Source of the DNA: Octopus vulgaris | Taxonomy: Eukaryota | NCBI GenBank assembly: GCA_951406725.2 | Contig: OX597814.1 | Location: 148,180,001-148,244,000 of the forward strand | Direction of reading: 5' to 3' | Length of the DNA: 64,000 bases | Shown: positions 11,898-27,702 of the stretch, one piece after another | Layout: each line of letters begins with the position of its first letter | How positions within the stretch are numbered: the stretch's first letter is position 1 | Made by a program: the position numbers and the translations under genes | The notes under the pieces: generated by a model | What the model was told of the DNA's origin: nothing | The model's input: the letters and a program-made list of their open reading frames with translations, nothing else | Databases searched by the model: none

Positions 11898-14800
11898 ATA
11901 TATATATATATATATATATATACGTACATATACATATTTAATACACCTACATATGTGTGTGTGCATGTGCATGCGTCAGTGTGTGCGAGTATGTGTGTGT
12001 TTCGGTGTTGAGGTGTATGTGTATGTTCGTGCGTTTCTCTGTGATCCTGGTTTACATCAGTTAACCGATCAGTTGCTTCAGGGTTATGAGGGAATATGAA
12101 AATCCCCAAAACATAAATACATCGGTTATTTTTTTTTAAAGTGTTCAATTCACACTATATACTTTGTACCCCTAATATACTCCATATGTTTGTACTGTTC
12201 AATAATCATTTAACTTTATTACGGGAAACAATTTGCCGGCGTTAAACTTCAATTGTTTTCTTAAAACATTATAGCTATATATTAAACCACACGTGATATA
12301 CATATACAAATTGAAAAGAGAAGTTCAACATTCGCTGACAAAAAGAAAACTCACTGTGGGAAAATAAACTCAACTAATACTACTTGTTCAATAGTTAGAA
12401 CGCCGTGAGTCAACCTGCAGTTCATATTAGATGAAGTTTACATTCATCAAATGTGCCTCGTACCAAATTAGCATTATGTACTGACCCACCTATTCAAGAC
12501 GAATAACACTGTGTTAATGAAAATCTATCATGGAGCAATGCTTCACTAAAATGATGCCGACATTTTTTTGTCGCTCGACAGCATATTACTTACAATGTAG
12601 AAGACATACAGTAAAGAAAATTCATACGGCTTGCATAACGATGATAAAATAACTAAGTTGTAAGTACCTGATGAATCTTAGTGCCTGATGAAATTTAGAT
12701 CTATATCAAATCATGCATTTGATATACAGCTTAAGATGGCGATTGTTCTGTATAATTCTTTTATTTTTCTTCGAAAATATCATAGTTTAAAACATAACCA
12801 ATGGTAACGTATTAGGATTAAAAAGTGCATGGTCTAGGAAATCACACCATCTAATAGAAATGTCAACCAAATCTCCTAGGAATTACATCTTCCGTGATAG
12901 GGATTGGTAGAACAAGACTGAGAAGTCTACGACCATTGGCCAGCTCGATCGATGAAAGCCGACTCGTAGTTAAACAATAAGAAAAAACAATGAAACATGT
13001 GCATTATTACGGAGATGGAATAAAGATTTTAAAAAATGTTCAGCCAGTTAGCCAATGTATATTCTTGTCGAAGTTTATTGTCGACAACGGCGAGTGAGTT
13101 AGCATTAATTGTATCGAATATGAGGCCAGGAAATATTAATTTGATATTGGTAGGATGTGAACGCGGAGCATAGAGATACAAAACGAGATGTTGCATTACA
13201 TTCAGTCAATATTCTAAATTTGTCTGCCACTACTGAACTTGAGTTTAACTGAAGCAAGAAACATAATTTACGAAAATAATCGTCTTACAGACTAAATTTA
13301 GAGTAGAATTGACCATTATTCGTATGATATGTATATGGGAGTAGAAGACATCTTACTCCATATTTCTTTCTTTCAAATTACATAGTATTTTCTTTGCCCT
13401 TCCCCCAACTATCATTATTTATCCTAAATTTACTTGCACTCCAGCCAAAATGTTTTGAAGATATCCTAAAAGAAATGGCATAAGAATCAAATTACGGTTA
13501 CTTATCATCAAAGGCAGACATTTGAAACGTCCTTATCTTCGGAATGGCGAACAGAGTAGTATGTGCTATAAAAGATTTCTGCCATATGCCTTGGGAAGAT
13601 ACTTACTCAATAAAAACCTCTTAAACATTTGAAATGTTTGCTGCTTCAAATGTGGTCAGAAATGTCAGTTCTCTAACTTTAGTATCGCTCGCAGACATAA
13701 CCTAAACAGAAAATAAAACTTCATGTCCAACTGAATGTCTGGTTTTGACAATTAAGAGTTCTATCTTATACATATTAAGGTGATAAATTATCGGCAAAAC
13801 TCTGATAGAGATTCGGTTATCTCATTACAGCTTTCTCACTTACTAAATAATTCATCCGTACTATCGAACACGGCCACGTATTTAAAGTCAAGATGAATGA
13901 GCTTTTGTGATGTTCATGCTTTTCTAACTGCCACTTATCGTGAACTATAAATCGGAAATGTAACAAGTTTCCATTCCCAGCGCATAACAAAACTATAACT
14001 CCATGTACGGTGCTCATCAATCATTTATTAAAATTAACAAATAACCGTAGTATCATAATTCTAATCCCTCATCTTTCATGACGCGTAGCGTCAACTATAG
14101 ATTTCTTTTATTGGTTTTCGCACAATCTATTTTAAAAATTTGAATTGTTTCTTTTAAAATAATCTTTATTTGTGACACCTCTCTGTACAATGAAGAAATA
14201 AAAAGGAACTGATGATAGTACGAAGCATCTAATGGGGGACTGTATTTCATAGTTTAAATCAACTTCTTTTATATGATTCATACTGTTAGGAATTAAAAAA
14301 AAAAAACATAGATTGATTTTAGTAATTTATATCAACGTTTGTGTTTTCATATACCACCAAATGATATGCATGAGTTCCTAATCAAAATTCAGGTGGACAT
14401 ATTATTGGTTGTAGATAGATAATAAGGACTTTTCCAAAAGTATGACAAAGTATATCTATTAGCGTATAAAAAATACAGCTTACACACATGTCTGTATAAG
14501 TGGATGTCCATTGTGGAAAATGTTTTATAAATTTCTTCAAGGATACGTAGATGCGTAATAACCCATATGTCAACAATGTCACAAGGCGCTATGGCAATGT
14601 AGAATAAACCTGTTTATTAGAATCTTTACCAGTATCAGTTTGCTTCATGTGCACAAGTTATATAATAATGTCTTCTAGAGAACTAATGAGAAGAGATTTA
14701 ATCCAGAAAAATAAACGTGAACGATATTATAATAGTAGCTACTGTGTGTGAAACTGTTCTTCTTTTATGTAAAGTTCCCAGTTTTCCTAGTATTAGTGTT

Positions 14801-15465
14801 AATTTTGTTTCAAATATACAATATGCATTCCAGAATTTTTTTCACATTTTCAAGAGTGACTTTTATTTATTTTAAAGAAATACAAAACTACAATCTTTTT
14901 CAATGTACTTGTTGTAGCTCTCCAGCCACATCCTGAAAGACAATACGGGGGCCCTTCAAACCGATGATGTAAAGGACCCTTTTCACAACCTCCTTCATCA
15001 TATCAGTGTCTTCTAGATGACTGTCCCTGTTGTACTACTTTAATTTGAGAAATAAATTAATGTTATAGGGAACAAGACGGATGGGAAGGTGAAGGGCAAT
15101 TCTGATGTCCATGTTTGCGAAGTAGTTGATTACCAAGATGGAATTGTAGACTGGATCACTGTCCTGCTGCAGGTGCCTCTGATACGAGTAAAAGAGCTCT
15201 GGCCTTTGTTACAGCCGTATCCTTCAATCTGGAATAGAAGAGATGGCAAGTCAGCTTATTAGAACTATAAGAATACTATACTGAATTATAATTATCCATG
15301 ACATTTATAATTGCCCCACTTAATATAGTCTCACATCTTGAGGAATCACCCTGTATTCGTCCTCTGTATTAGCCAGATTATTTATTTTACAAACAAATGC
15401 GCACACATTATACATATATTATATACACACCGAACACAAACACACGCACATACACATATACATAT

Positions 15466-15679
15466 TTTTTCTTTTATTCTTTTATTTGTTACAGTCATTT
15501 GACTGCGGCCCAGCTGGAGCACCGCATATAGTCGAACAATTCTTATTTTTTGTAAGCCTAGTACTTATTCTAAAGGTCTCTTTTTCGGAACAGCTAGATT
15601 ACGGGGACTTAAACATACCAACATCACTAGTGAAGCGATGATGGAGTGACAAACTCAGACACAAACGTATACACACACA

Positions 15680-15759
<80 letters not shown>

Positions 15760-15921
15760 CGATAGGCTTCTTTTAGTTTCCGTCTACCAAATCCACTTTC
15801 AAGGCTTTGGCAGTCCTGAGACTACAGTAGAAGACACTTGTCGAAGGTACCACGCAGTGGAACTGAACCGGAACCATGTGGTTGGTGAGAAAGCTGCTTA
15901 ACACACAGCCACTCCTGCGCC
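15466..15921 (-). mobile_element. SINE family A copy
   Basis: Reverse complement of 9749-10144 with an expanded internal (CA)n. Confidence 0.85.
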
Positions 15922-16151
15922 TCCCCTCCCCCATATTATATATATATATATCGATATATATAACAATGCATAATGTATGTCTGTGGCCTTCTTCAGCCGC
16001 GCACAACAGCTTCCACAAGGACATGTGTTACATCAAAATTCTTGGTTGGGGATGCAAATGATCAATTTACTCCACCACCTACACCACCAAACGGTATACA
16101 CAGGTGCTTATAATTATCAAGTACTCATGAATTTCTATACTCAACTCACCT

Positions 16152-16187
<36 letters not shown>

Positions 16188-16189
<2 letters not shown>

Positions 16190-16372
16190 TCGCGTATAAC
16201 CAGCAGAATTTGCAAAGATAATCTGCAACTCGACTGAGGGTAGAAAACTCCGAATGATCCGTTCTTATTTTCCTTGTATCGTCTGTCTGGATATTTTGTT
16301 GTCTCTTTTTTTTTGTTGTTGTTTCACCTAACTGTCTGGATGTTTTGCGTTCTTGTCCAATGTTTGTATTAT
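16188..16372 (+). mobile_element. Truncated copy of the repeat family at 39298-39955
   Basis: Shares AACCAGC-GAA-TTGCAAA...CTGAGG..AGAAAACTCCGAATGA-CCGT..TGTATCGTCT-TCTGGAT; starts right after (TA)n. Confidence 0.7.
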
Positions 16373-16438
16373 ACACACACAGACACACATATATATATAT
16401 ATGTATGTGTGTGTGTGAGTGTGTGTGTGTTTGTGTGC

Positions 16439-16488
<50 letters not shown>

Positions 16489-17172
16489 GCGTGCGTGTGT
16501 GTAATATTATTAAGTAGATACACATAAGGAATATGAATTTTAATATTCGTCCATATTCATATATTCTTACACATACACACTAAGGAAAACACAGACACGC
16601 ACACACACAGAAAACATATAATTACAAACTTATACGCATGCGTCTATACTCTACCTACTGACGTCCATCCATCCATACATACATAAATACATCCATATAA
16701 ATGTACATCCTTATATATATATATCCTTGAATGCAATCACAGAAGTATCAGTGCTTGTTTTTCATAAGCTGATTTCTTTCAAAGCTGCACTTAATGACCG
16801 CTTTAAGTGTAAATATTTTTGGCCTAAAAACTAATTTCATTGTATAATAGACATGTACTTTTACTTCAATAATATTTATAACAGTTATGATGTTTTATAT
16901 CATTTTTTGTTGTTGCAACTATTGATGAATTTAAAGAGTAATTTTATTGTTTTCTTCTTGTGATTCTTTTTTTTTCTTAATGTAATTTGTAATGGAGATA
17001 TTGCTTTTTTTTATGGTTTTAATGATTATATTAGTTTTTTTATTGTGTGTAGTCTTTCGGTACTGTAAATCATTTAGCTGATTAATTTTGTTATTGTTAT
17101 TATAATCATCATTATTTGTATTATTATTATTAGTAGTAGTATTGTTATTATTAACGCAGTTGTCGCTGTTAA

Positions 17173-17388
17173 GGCGGTGAGCTTGCAGAAGTGTTAGCAT
17201 GGCGCGCAGAATGCTTAGCAGCGTTTTGTCCGTCTTGCTACGTTCAAATTCCTCCAAGGCCGATTTCGTCTTTCATTGTCTCCGGTTCGATATAATAGGG
17301 ACCAGTTTAGCACTGTAGTCGTTGTATTCGACTTAACCCGCCCTGAAAATTGCTGGCCTTGTGCCAAGATTTGAAACCATTATTAATA
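17173..17388 (+). mobile_element. tRNA-derived SINE, family B
   Basis: Head GGCGGTGAGCTTGCAGAA..GTTCAAATTCC, central TTTCAT..GGTTCGATATAATAGGGACCAG domain, tail CTGGCCTTGTGCCAAGATTTGAAACC(ATT)n; degenerate copies elsewhere. Confidence 0.7.
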
Positions 17389-17419
17389 TGGTGATTGTTA
17401 TTGTTGTCAGTGTCGTCGT

Positions 17420-17528
17420 TCTCATTATCATTATTATTATTATCATCATCATCACCATCATCGTCATCATCATCATCATCATCATCATCATCGTCATCAT
17501 CATCAACATCATCATCATCATCATCATC
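17420..17528. repeat. (ATT)/(CAT)n microsatellite
   Basis: Direct trinucleotide tandem. Confidence 0.95.
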
Positions 17529-18237
17529 TTTACGATCTTCATATCTGCTGAGTAATTTGTGGAAGCGCGTTATATTTAGTTCCATCAATTGGGTTTCTAA
17601 AGTGCAATGATACCTCGACCTAGTCTAGTCTTCATCCTCTGGCATCACCATGAAAAACAGTATCACATAGGAAATGAATTCGATTTAATCGAATTTATTA
17701 AAGCAACATATTCTTTGGCTTGTTACTATATCAGAAATAAGTATCTGCCTCAGTAGAGTCCGTTTGGTAAACCAGCGTCTGTTTTTCATGTAGATCCTTT
17801 ATAGTTCTAAGTTCAAATCTTATTAAGAAAGGCTTAGCTTTTTATGTTTACTAGCGTCAATAAAATAGCAGCCCATCAAGTTCTTTGGATAATTTTATCA
17901 TCTTCTGCTTCTTCTTTATATTTGCTATAGCGCCAGTATAAAAAAAATTGGTTGAGCGCTAAAACATCAAATAAAATATCGCGCTGTTTTTATTTCAACT
18001 TACATTCTGATTTTAACCCCGACATCTGATACCGTGTTTCACAATCGGTAAATTTAGTGTCTGTGAAATTCTGGTTTTAAATTATTCGATTGTCAGCATT
18101 TTCTTTAATAATTGAAGCCTTATGGGTGTTTCGGATAATTGTGAGCATCAAAATCGTACTGTAGGCACTTGTGCAATGTCGAGCAGCTGTTTTCTCTCAT
18201 AGAACTGATTCGGATCTCGCCGAATCACCGATGACAA

Positions 18238-19900
18238 CACTGAGCAAAAATTAAAAAAAGTAAATAAATGAATAAATTAAATTATTATCTGTTACCCAGA
18301 CAAATGTTGCTGTATTGAACTAAATCGAGTAAGCTAATTCCGAATCTGAACTCAGAATTGCTTTAGCAAATTAGGATTTTGTGTTATGCGCATAATAATA
18401 TATTTATACTATATTAGTATCAGGTATAGCTACGTTCACGGTAAATAATTATCATTATAGTATATCTATGTTCAAGGCAAATAGTGTTATAATATAATGG
18501 TACATAGTATATTTATGTTAAAGGAATATTCATTTTGTTTTTTATATGCTCATCTCAGAAATATTTGCCACTTACCCTTGCGCTTATGCGTCGTGCTAGC
18601 CTCCCGTTGTAGGAACGAGCAGTAGTCATCCATCATGTGTGGATTGAACCGGCCTTGATACATCGTTTCGATCTCGGATATGTTCTGATGGAAACTCTCA
18701 CCTTGCTCATAACTAACAGCACAAAGATTCGTTGGAAGAAATGGAGATGAGTATGCAAAAAGTATATTTTAAGGAACATACAGCATTCGATTCTTTGATA
18801 CGCTGTTCGCATGTTGTTTATTAGATCAGCATAGTTGTCAGCTCTATGATTTCCAAGAAACTTCTGTACAACTAACACGATCCAACCCCATGCCATCAGC
18901 ACAGCTGGATTCAGTTTGTCTCTGAATGTGCTATCAGACATCAATTCTCTCATCTCGGGTCAAATGAAAATGCCTGATTTCAGTTCTGCGTCACATTTCT
19001 CGGCACCATTTTTTTCTTTTAGAAAGTGGAAGCTACAATCTTCCTGTTGCTGTTATGAAGCTTTCCCTGGTGCCGTGTTTGATGTGAAGGAGTGGAGGGA
19101 AGATCTTTTGCAATGGCATATAAAGCACATTGTACCGACCAATTATACACTCATCTCTTATAGGCCAGTCTTTTACAGTGTAAATATTGCTGTCGTTATA
19201 GCTATTCAAAATACATGAGAAGCTGCAGTTCTAGAAGGAGGGAAACGACATTTAAATAACCACAAATATTCCACTAATGAACTTTCAGAATAAGTTACAT
19301 CGATTCATAAGTTGCTTCCATACCGACAACATGACACACAGAAATGGAAGATATTTCATGACCATTATATAACAACACAGTTTTGAGGTTAACCTTACTC
19401 GACTCTATACACAGACATTGAGAGTTACCAAAAACAAACTGACGTATTTGGTGCTTCCACACAATATGTCAGCGCCATTTATATAATGAACTTTCTCATC
19501 GTTTGTTTTATTGCTGTTATTTCTTAAATCTTGAATTAAGATTGCTTTCACTTTAGCAAATTTCATAATACTGCATATATCTTGCCGAAAGTATAGTTAT
19601 AATCTTGCCCATGCTCATATCTCAAGAACCGCGCTGCTAGAACAATTCTGAGTGAAGATACAGAAACATCATCCTCGATTTAGTCTAAAACACAACCTTT
19701 TACCCCAGTAGCAAAACCTTTGTTTTCCAGTGCAGCTGATGGTTAGATAGGCAGATTTCCTATTAGTTGTTGCCATCGTAGAACAACGTGCATGCCAGAT
19801 GAGTCTGATGATACGAAGGACTGACAACTTCCTGTTTGATGAAATTTGCCTAGTTTTTATTTTTGTGACATTTGGAAAAGTGGAAATGGCTTGAGAGGAG
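18238..19900 (-). mobile_element. Decayed DNA transposon, Chapaev-3-like (CMC superfamily)
   Basis: Minus-strand fragments ESSKVNLKTVLLYNG...MEATYESM...WNICGYLNVVSLLL and FLGNHRADNYADLINNM...CMFLKIYFLHTHLHFF; CACTG terminus at 18238. Multiple stops and frameshifts; right boundary approximate; family name from motif recall. Confidence 0.65.
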
Positions 19901-20660
19901 CTATTCTCCGGTAATTTTACATTGCATAAGAGAAACTAGGTTAAAGTTTGTGTCCTTGGTGATCAGGGATAACCACTATTTGTGGATTTGATTAGTCATA
20001 GTCAGGGGCTCTCTGTAATCTGGTGTTGTGCTTTATTCATATATTAACATATTTTTATACTGTTCATTCCGCATATCGTTCTTTTTTAAAACCTGAGCAA
20101 TCTTACATAAAGCCACCATAAATTGTAATTTGTCATTCTTGTAACATCCGGCTTATCTGAACTCCGTATTAAAAAAAAACATCATCCTCATCATCATAAT
20201 TATTATTATTGTCATTATTATCAATTTTGTCGAATTATCTACTACTGTTAGAAAATTTCTTTACCAATTAATTTCAAATCTTTACATTCTGGTTTCCAAT
20301 CGTGACGAGGTCAACCGTGTCTTTTATTTTGTCAAGATCGATTCGATAGACTTAATCGAGTTCTTCGGTTGATGTAATGGACTCACAATATCCCTACGAA
20401 ATCATTGGCTTTCTGCGTAAATCAGAAATTCTTATTCTGGATTCTGGTTTCCCAAAATATTTAGAAAGCCGGAAAAATGGCTTGCTGGGCTGGATATATT
20501 CCGGTTCTTATATTAGAATCTCGGCGAGATCTGCGTTACATTTTTCTCTTCTCCAAAGTCGATTGAGTAGAGAAATATTCGAGTTCTACAGTCGGTGTAA
20601 TCGACTAACGACTGACCCAACGCGTTCAAAGTACTGGCTTTTGACTAAATTAGAAATCGA

Positions 20661-20868
20661 AGAGATGATCTGGCAAGTTTGTAAGCAAGCCGGGAAAAAT
20701 GCTTAGCAGCATTTTGTCCGTAATTACGTTCTGATTACAAATTCCGCTGTGCTCCACTTTGTCTTTCATCATTCTGGGGTCGATAAAATAGGTACTAGTT
20801 GATTTATGCAATGCACTTAATTCCCTCTAAAACTGTTGGGTATGTGCTTAAATTGGAAACCAAAATTA
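20661..20868 (+). mobile_element. SINE family B copy
   Basis: AATGCTTAGCAGCATTTTGTCCG and TTTCATCATTCTGGGGTCGATAAAATAGGTACTAG shared with 17173-17388. Confidence 0.7.
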
Positions 20869-20883
20869 TATATGTATATATGC

Positions 20884-20969
<86 letters not shown>

Positions 20970-21783
20970 GTGTGTATGTATGTGTGTGTGTGACTGTGTG
21001 CAAGGTTGAACAACATAAAGGGATATAACCACATATAAAAACTGGAATTGATTTGGAGCTCTCATTGCACTGCTAAATAAAAAAAAAACAAAAAAGAACA
21101 ACCTTGCAGTCCTATATTTGTATCATCTTTATGTTATGCTATTTACTTTCTCCCTTTATTCGCCTTTCTATTTTACTTACTCTTCTGTTATATTTGTTTA
21201 TAGATTCTTTATCTTTGTTTCTTCAGAGAAATGGGGTCGCATAGTATGGCGACTGAGAAGCGTGACACGCACTTCGAAATAGTCTCAGATCATGGCTAGT
21301 GTTTATTTATACTTCATTTGCTTAGAACTAGGTTTGGTTTAGGATAGAGGAACACGTGCAATATTCACTAACAGTTCAATTTATTCTTAGGATTTACGTT
21401 GTTTTGTTTATTTTGGTCATTTAATTTATACATATAGTTTTTATGTTCTTTTCCCTCAGCCATTCCCTTGTATAAACATATGTGCGTGTAGATATGCGAT
21501 TATACGGTTGTGTATGAGATTGCATGCAATATATGATATTGTGTGTGTGTGTGTGTGAGTTTGTGTGTGTCTGCGTGCAGTGTGTGTTTGTGTGTGTATG
21601 TGGTGTGTACATGTGTGTCTATCGAGGATTTTACGCATCAATGTATCCGCGTAAAATAACATTCTGTCATGTATGTGTGTGTGAGCGTTCACGCGCATAC
21701 ATGCATAAATGTATATGTATATATATATATATATGTACATACATATATATATATATATATACACATATTTATACATATTCATG

Positions 21784-21922
<139 letters not shown>

Positions 21923-22935
21923 ATGTGTGTGTGTATATATATATATATCAGAGAGTACTAACATGTGCGGTCTGATATATGTATCAATATACACACATAG
22001 CTCTACACATCCATACAACACACACACTTATGCACACAGAAATAGAAATACGGATAAATAGCTAGCTAGCTAGCTAGATAGATAGATAGATAGATAGATA
22101 GACAGGATATTGGAGTGTGCATTTAAGACTGAAGACCCTGAGGGAAAACCAAAATAAACATTGGGAATACGAAAGAGGTTCTCAAAAAAAAAATTGTGGT
22201 AATAGTTTTTGATCTCTGTTTTCATTCTATGACGAATATTTTTTTTTGCTTTTATTGTTCTCGGATTTTTTTCTGATATTATTTTCCAAAGAAAACTGAT
22301 ATAGTTTCCTTCCTAAAAGAGATAAGTAGTTGAGATAAGAATACATCAATAAATTTAAGCCACTGTGCGATGTTTCTTTTTTTCCCCCTTGAATGAACGA
22401 ATGTATTTCATGGCCTCTTCGTCTGTCCCTCTTCGACGTGTGTGTCTTAGTTGTTCGACCAACAAAGACAACTACTTATGTATGAGTGTTCCATACACAT
22501 GTATATTCGCAATGTATTCCTTAAGAATATACTGAATCAGCCGAATACTCGGTCTTGTAGCAGCATATGTTTTATGTGTCTCCATTGAGTTTCTATCAAA
22601 TAAATTTAATTAAAAAAATTTAATTAGGTCAACACTGAGTTCCAGTTAAAGACTTTTACCGAAGTTGTAACGAGTTGAAACAATGTTGGGGATCACGATT
22701 GTCATTCGAACTGCTAAACACCTAATGTATGGTCTATATGTAAGTGGCGAATGAACAGAGATATTAAGTGAAAGCAAACTTTTAACGCTTGTGTTGCTAC
22801 AAGTAATGAAAATGGAATTATTTATATGCTTAGAGGCCTCTGTGCACAAGCGCAGAAACATATATCTGTATATACTTACAGTCATATACACGCATGCATG
22901 CATACATCCATGAACACACATACATACTCACAAAT

Positions 22936-23025
<90 letters not shown>

Positions 23026-23036
23026 GTGTGTGTGTA

Positions 23037-23470
23037 GGCCGAGGCGTTGCTATGTGGTAAGAAGTTTGCTTCACAGCCAATGGTCCCAGGTTCGGTTCCG
23101 CTGTGTGGAAACTTGGGACTGTGTCTTTTACTACACCCTCGTTCAGACCAATCCTTGAGAGTGGATTTAGTTCATAAAATTAGAAGACCGTCGGGTATAT
23201 ATGTGTAGCTATTCATATATGTTGGGTGGGTGCTTGTGTGTATGCGTGCGTGTATGTGTGTCTTTGCATCAGTGTTTTTTCTCTATCATCGCTTACTAAA
23301 CGGTGTTGGTGTGTTTCAGTCCCCGTAATCTGGCTTTTCAGTAAAAGAGAGAAATAGAATAAGTGCAAACCTAAGATAAAAACAATAAAAGACCGCTCTA
23401 CTAATGTTCTTCAAGACAGTATCCCAGCATGACTGTCGTCTAATGACTGAAATATGTAAACGAACAAAGA
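23037..23470 (+). mobile_element. SINE family A copy, degenerate
   Basis: Colinear with 9749-10144 (TGTGGTAAGAAGTTTGC...CCAGCATGACTGTCGTCTAATGACTGAAA). Confidence 0.7.
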
Positions 23471-23485
23471 GATATATATTGTGTT

Positions 23486-23524
<39 letters not shown>

Positions 23525-24462
23525 TAATCATAGTATATATCCTATTTAACACGATATTCATATATATAAACAAATTGACTGAATAATGATGACTCAAGCC
23601 TCCGTAACTTAAATGATGAGCTTACACGCCGTAACTCACAAAGACTTCTGGTTTGTTTATAAATATTGTATATATATATATATATATCAATTACTGCGAC
23701 GATATATCCCTTTAAGTTTGTAAATATCAATGTATTCCTCGGATATTATATTTTAAATCTTATTATTATTATAAAAAATTGACAACGTAGAATACAGACA
23801 CCGTATCATAATAAGTAGATTGAATTCGTTATGGTCACGTGGTACACGATAAACAATAACTGTTATTAATAGTATAAATTATATTAATTACAAATTAGTG
23901 ATTGACTGTTAAAACTAGCTGTAATGACTAAGTGATTGAAAATAATTATTAGGTAATTAAAAAGCTATACTGGCATTTAATACTGTCATAAGTAATAATG
24001 TAAATATGGAATAATTGTTTTTTACATACCGGTGACTAACTGTATCGCAAATATTTAAGTAATCTAATGGTTCCTTTTTTTATCAAATATATTAGCACGC
24101 ACACGCACACAAATACGATAAAAAGAAAAACAATAATAAAACAAAAATGCGTATACATAAGTAACAGTATTAAAAAAACATTAACAAGCACACGCGCACA
24201 TATCTGAATTTAATGCTGGGTCTACCAACGATCACTCGACTCATTCAGATGTAATTCCTCTTTATGTCAGTTTCTAACCCTGATGAAATGTTCAAATTAA
24301 CTATATTCAAAATGCATCTTTAATTTAATTATTTATTTGTGATCCGAAATTGATTAAGCATGGAAATTGTTGTAAGTTATGAGAAATTGAGGTTATTCGA
24401 AATCGGAGTTGTTTTAATAAATTGATGGCTATCTGTCGATTTCTCCATTTTGTTTTCTTATA

Positions 24463-24636
<174 letters not shown>

Positions 24637-24641
24637 GTATA

Positions 24642-24699
<58 letters not shown>

Positions 24700-27600
24700 A
24701 ATATATATACATATATATATATATGTATGTATGTATGTATGTATATACGTGTGTGTATGTCTATAAATGTATGTATTATGTACGTGTATATGTATATGTG
24801 TGTGTGTGTCAGTGTGTATGTGAGAAACTTGCAGCACAAACGTATTTAACAATGCACAACTTCCCCTCTTGCGACTGGCAAAAGCGATAACATTTCTACA
24901 CAACCTGAACATACAGAGATCAATATGTATCTGGGAGATTAATTAAATGGAATTTGTGGTATGGGGACAGCTCTACACATGTCCATGTACTTGCAAATGA
25001 GTTACACTAGAATCAGGTTATCGCGTAAAACTGAAATTCACCTCAGGAATTTCTAGCACCAAGGAGAGGCGTTTTATTCCAACCACCAGATCATTACTTA
25101 AGCGATATTACATCTGTATATTAATCCCAGATATAACAGACCTTCTCATTTGAGTCAAACTGCAATATCACTTTCAGTAAGATAGTCATTATTACCTTGT
25201 TGGTATAACCTGAATATAGACTTTTACCATGAACTTTTGAGGGTAATCCTCAGATATTTTGTTACTCGGAGGAATGCAAAATCGAATAAAAAAGGACGGT
25301 ATTATTCTGTTGTAAGATGACAAGGTAATGAATTTAGCAATCATAGACTCCTCAGACTCTTTAATTGGATAAAATTTTTCTCCCAGCTTTTTCTGTTTAT
25401 ATCTAGATCGATAGCGCAACTCTGTGTCTTTTCCAGATTTGGAGATGCCATTTGCCGAGAATTTTGTGCGTAGACTTTAGCTAATAGCACGTTCACTAAA
25501 AACCTACCATTAACATAGAATATTAAATTGTATAATTTCCATGCAACATAGCCAGTTAGGTAGAAAGAAGTTTAATAGGAGCCGTCGGGACTACACTGAT
25601 TCCAAAGCTATAGCAATCAATGTTCATTTAATTTTAAGTAGCCATTATTAGTGAGCGATCAAACCGTGTTGGGAATGTCGGTTTATAAACATTTCTGGCT
25701 TGTTGGCTTGATATATTCACACGTGGGATATGTCAAGAAGGAACATCATTTTAAAACAATTTTCATTTCACCAGACGTCTATACTTACGCATTTCTATCA
25801 GTTATAAATAAATTATCAATAACACGTGTATCAGCTTTACATTTGCCTTTAACGATTATAACAAATATGAATTTATTTTATAAAAGCAGTAATTATTTTG
25901 GACCCTATCATGATGCAGAATTAATGAAAGCTGATGCTTACTCGAGATAATTACAAGTATAATTTAGAAGAATAATTCAGTGGCTGTGTGTGACATTGAA
26001 TAATGATTCAGATTATTTTTCTATCCGATATAGTAATCTATTACTGATAATTCCGATTTCTAGTGTTATGGATATAACAGAAAAAGCTTACGCATATATC
26101 CATGAATTAATAATGGACTTGTAAGAATACTATGATGGAAATACGACACGATAATCAGAAATTAGACGAGTTATATCAATATAAAATACTTTATGTATCT
26201 CCTTAGTGATTAGTATTGAATTGAATCTGTAGAACGTTTGCATTTGCAAAATATCGATTATTAAGAAGGGAGGTTAATATCATCAAGATTAGAGGTTAAT
26301 ATTGATTTCTCAGATTGCCACAAGACCACGAATTTTTAGGAGGAGAATAATAGTCGGATCAACCGCAATATATAGGTGGTACTTATTGATTCCACTCGAA
26401 CAGGATCAAAAGAAAATCGCCCCAATGGCATGTATGGGATTTGGAATGCTAAGATAAAATACGAGTAACACTAAGAAATTTAACCCGACTTTACCTTTTA
26501 ATTATCTTTTTGTAGGTACAATGTTTTGATTATTGCCACTATGAAAAGAAGTAGAAGTTTCATACTGGAAGAGTAAAATGCATTTTCATCTTCACATTTC
26601 CACGAAGTTGCGATCACGTTCCACATCCGCCGTTTTTAAGCTATTTTCGCACACTTAACATAGGGAAAATTAGAGATTTCAGAATGTTTACTCCTACTAT
26701 TTTAATAATATGTTTTGAATATTAATCTATGAAATGTATAATGTCGTTTGAGAACATGTTCCTTTTTGAAAGAGTCGAAAGTAAATCGTTGGGCTATTCA
26801 AATATTCAATTATTTAACAGGAATTCACAAAGGGGAACTAGTCTAAAATACATACATACATATATACATACATACATATATATATGTATTATATGTATAT
26901 ATATATATATACATTTATAAAAAAAACGAAACGTCATTAGAATTATATTTCACGGTTATATATTTATCTAATCTTGTACATTGTGTCCATAGCAGTCAGC
27001 AGAGATACAAGATATATGAAAAGAATCTTTAACGATAAAATATTACATTACCCATTTTCCATTACCGTAAAATATTGTTCTGAGTAAACAAACCAAAATA
27101 ATGCAATTTTCCAGTTATTAGAATTTTTCTCATTATTTTTACTGTAAACATTTCGAAAAAGGAGAAAGTTATCATATTGCGATTGTAATCAAGGCTGCCG
27201 TATTTACTTGTCAAACTGGCATTTGGTGTCGTAAGGTACTTCCATAGTAGTAAACTTTCAACATTAAAGAGCTTAATATTTTATGAGCAAAGCAGAAGAG
27301 AGGCAGAGTAAAAACGTCTTTCCAGATCTTCTTAGATGGGTAGAAGTGGTGCGATGTATGCATAATGTGAACGACTAAGACAGAGCTTAAAGGAGGTTTG
27401 TTGCAAAGTATTTAATAGTACTTATCTAGTTGATTCAGGATAGCTTATTTCGTTGTACTAGCGACACAGGTCATACATAACAGAATGCAAGTAAAGGTCG
27501 CCTTTTGATGCGTGTATCTCAGTTAATCAGACTTTTGACCTGTTTTTCCTGTGTAAGAGTCATACCAGCATGTGAGTAGTGCTTCAATGTTAAAAAATAT

Positions 27601-27702
27601 GCTTGAAATTTTAAGTACCTCGAAACTCGTTTTCTGAATTCTTTAGGGTACGTTAACTTTTGATTTCTATGGCGAAAATGATAAATATGAAAGGTTACTA
27701 TG

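Noticed and set aside
12662-12757. CTGATGA twice with ATCTTA/TAAGAT and TATATCAAAT/ATTTGATATA hairpins
   Set aside because: No GAAA after stem II and no stem I; at most a very decayed relic.
17307-17610. Poly-D/M/S ORFs (also poly-N/K/E/Q at 58825-59107)
   Set aside because: Trinucleotide microsatellites open in several frames.
22125-22183. CTGAAGA/CTGAGGG ... CGAAAGAGG
   Set aside because: The helices cannot be assembled consistently into a hammerhead.
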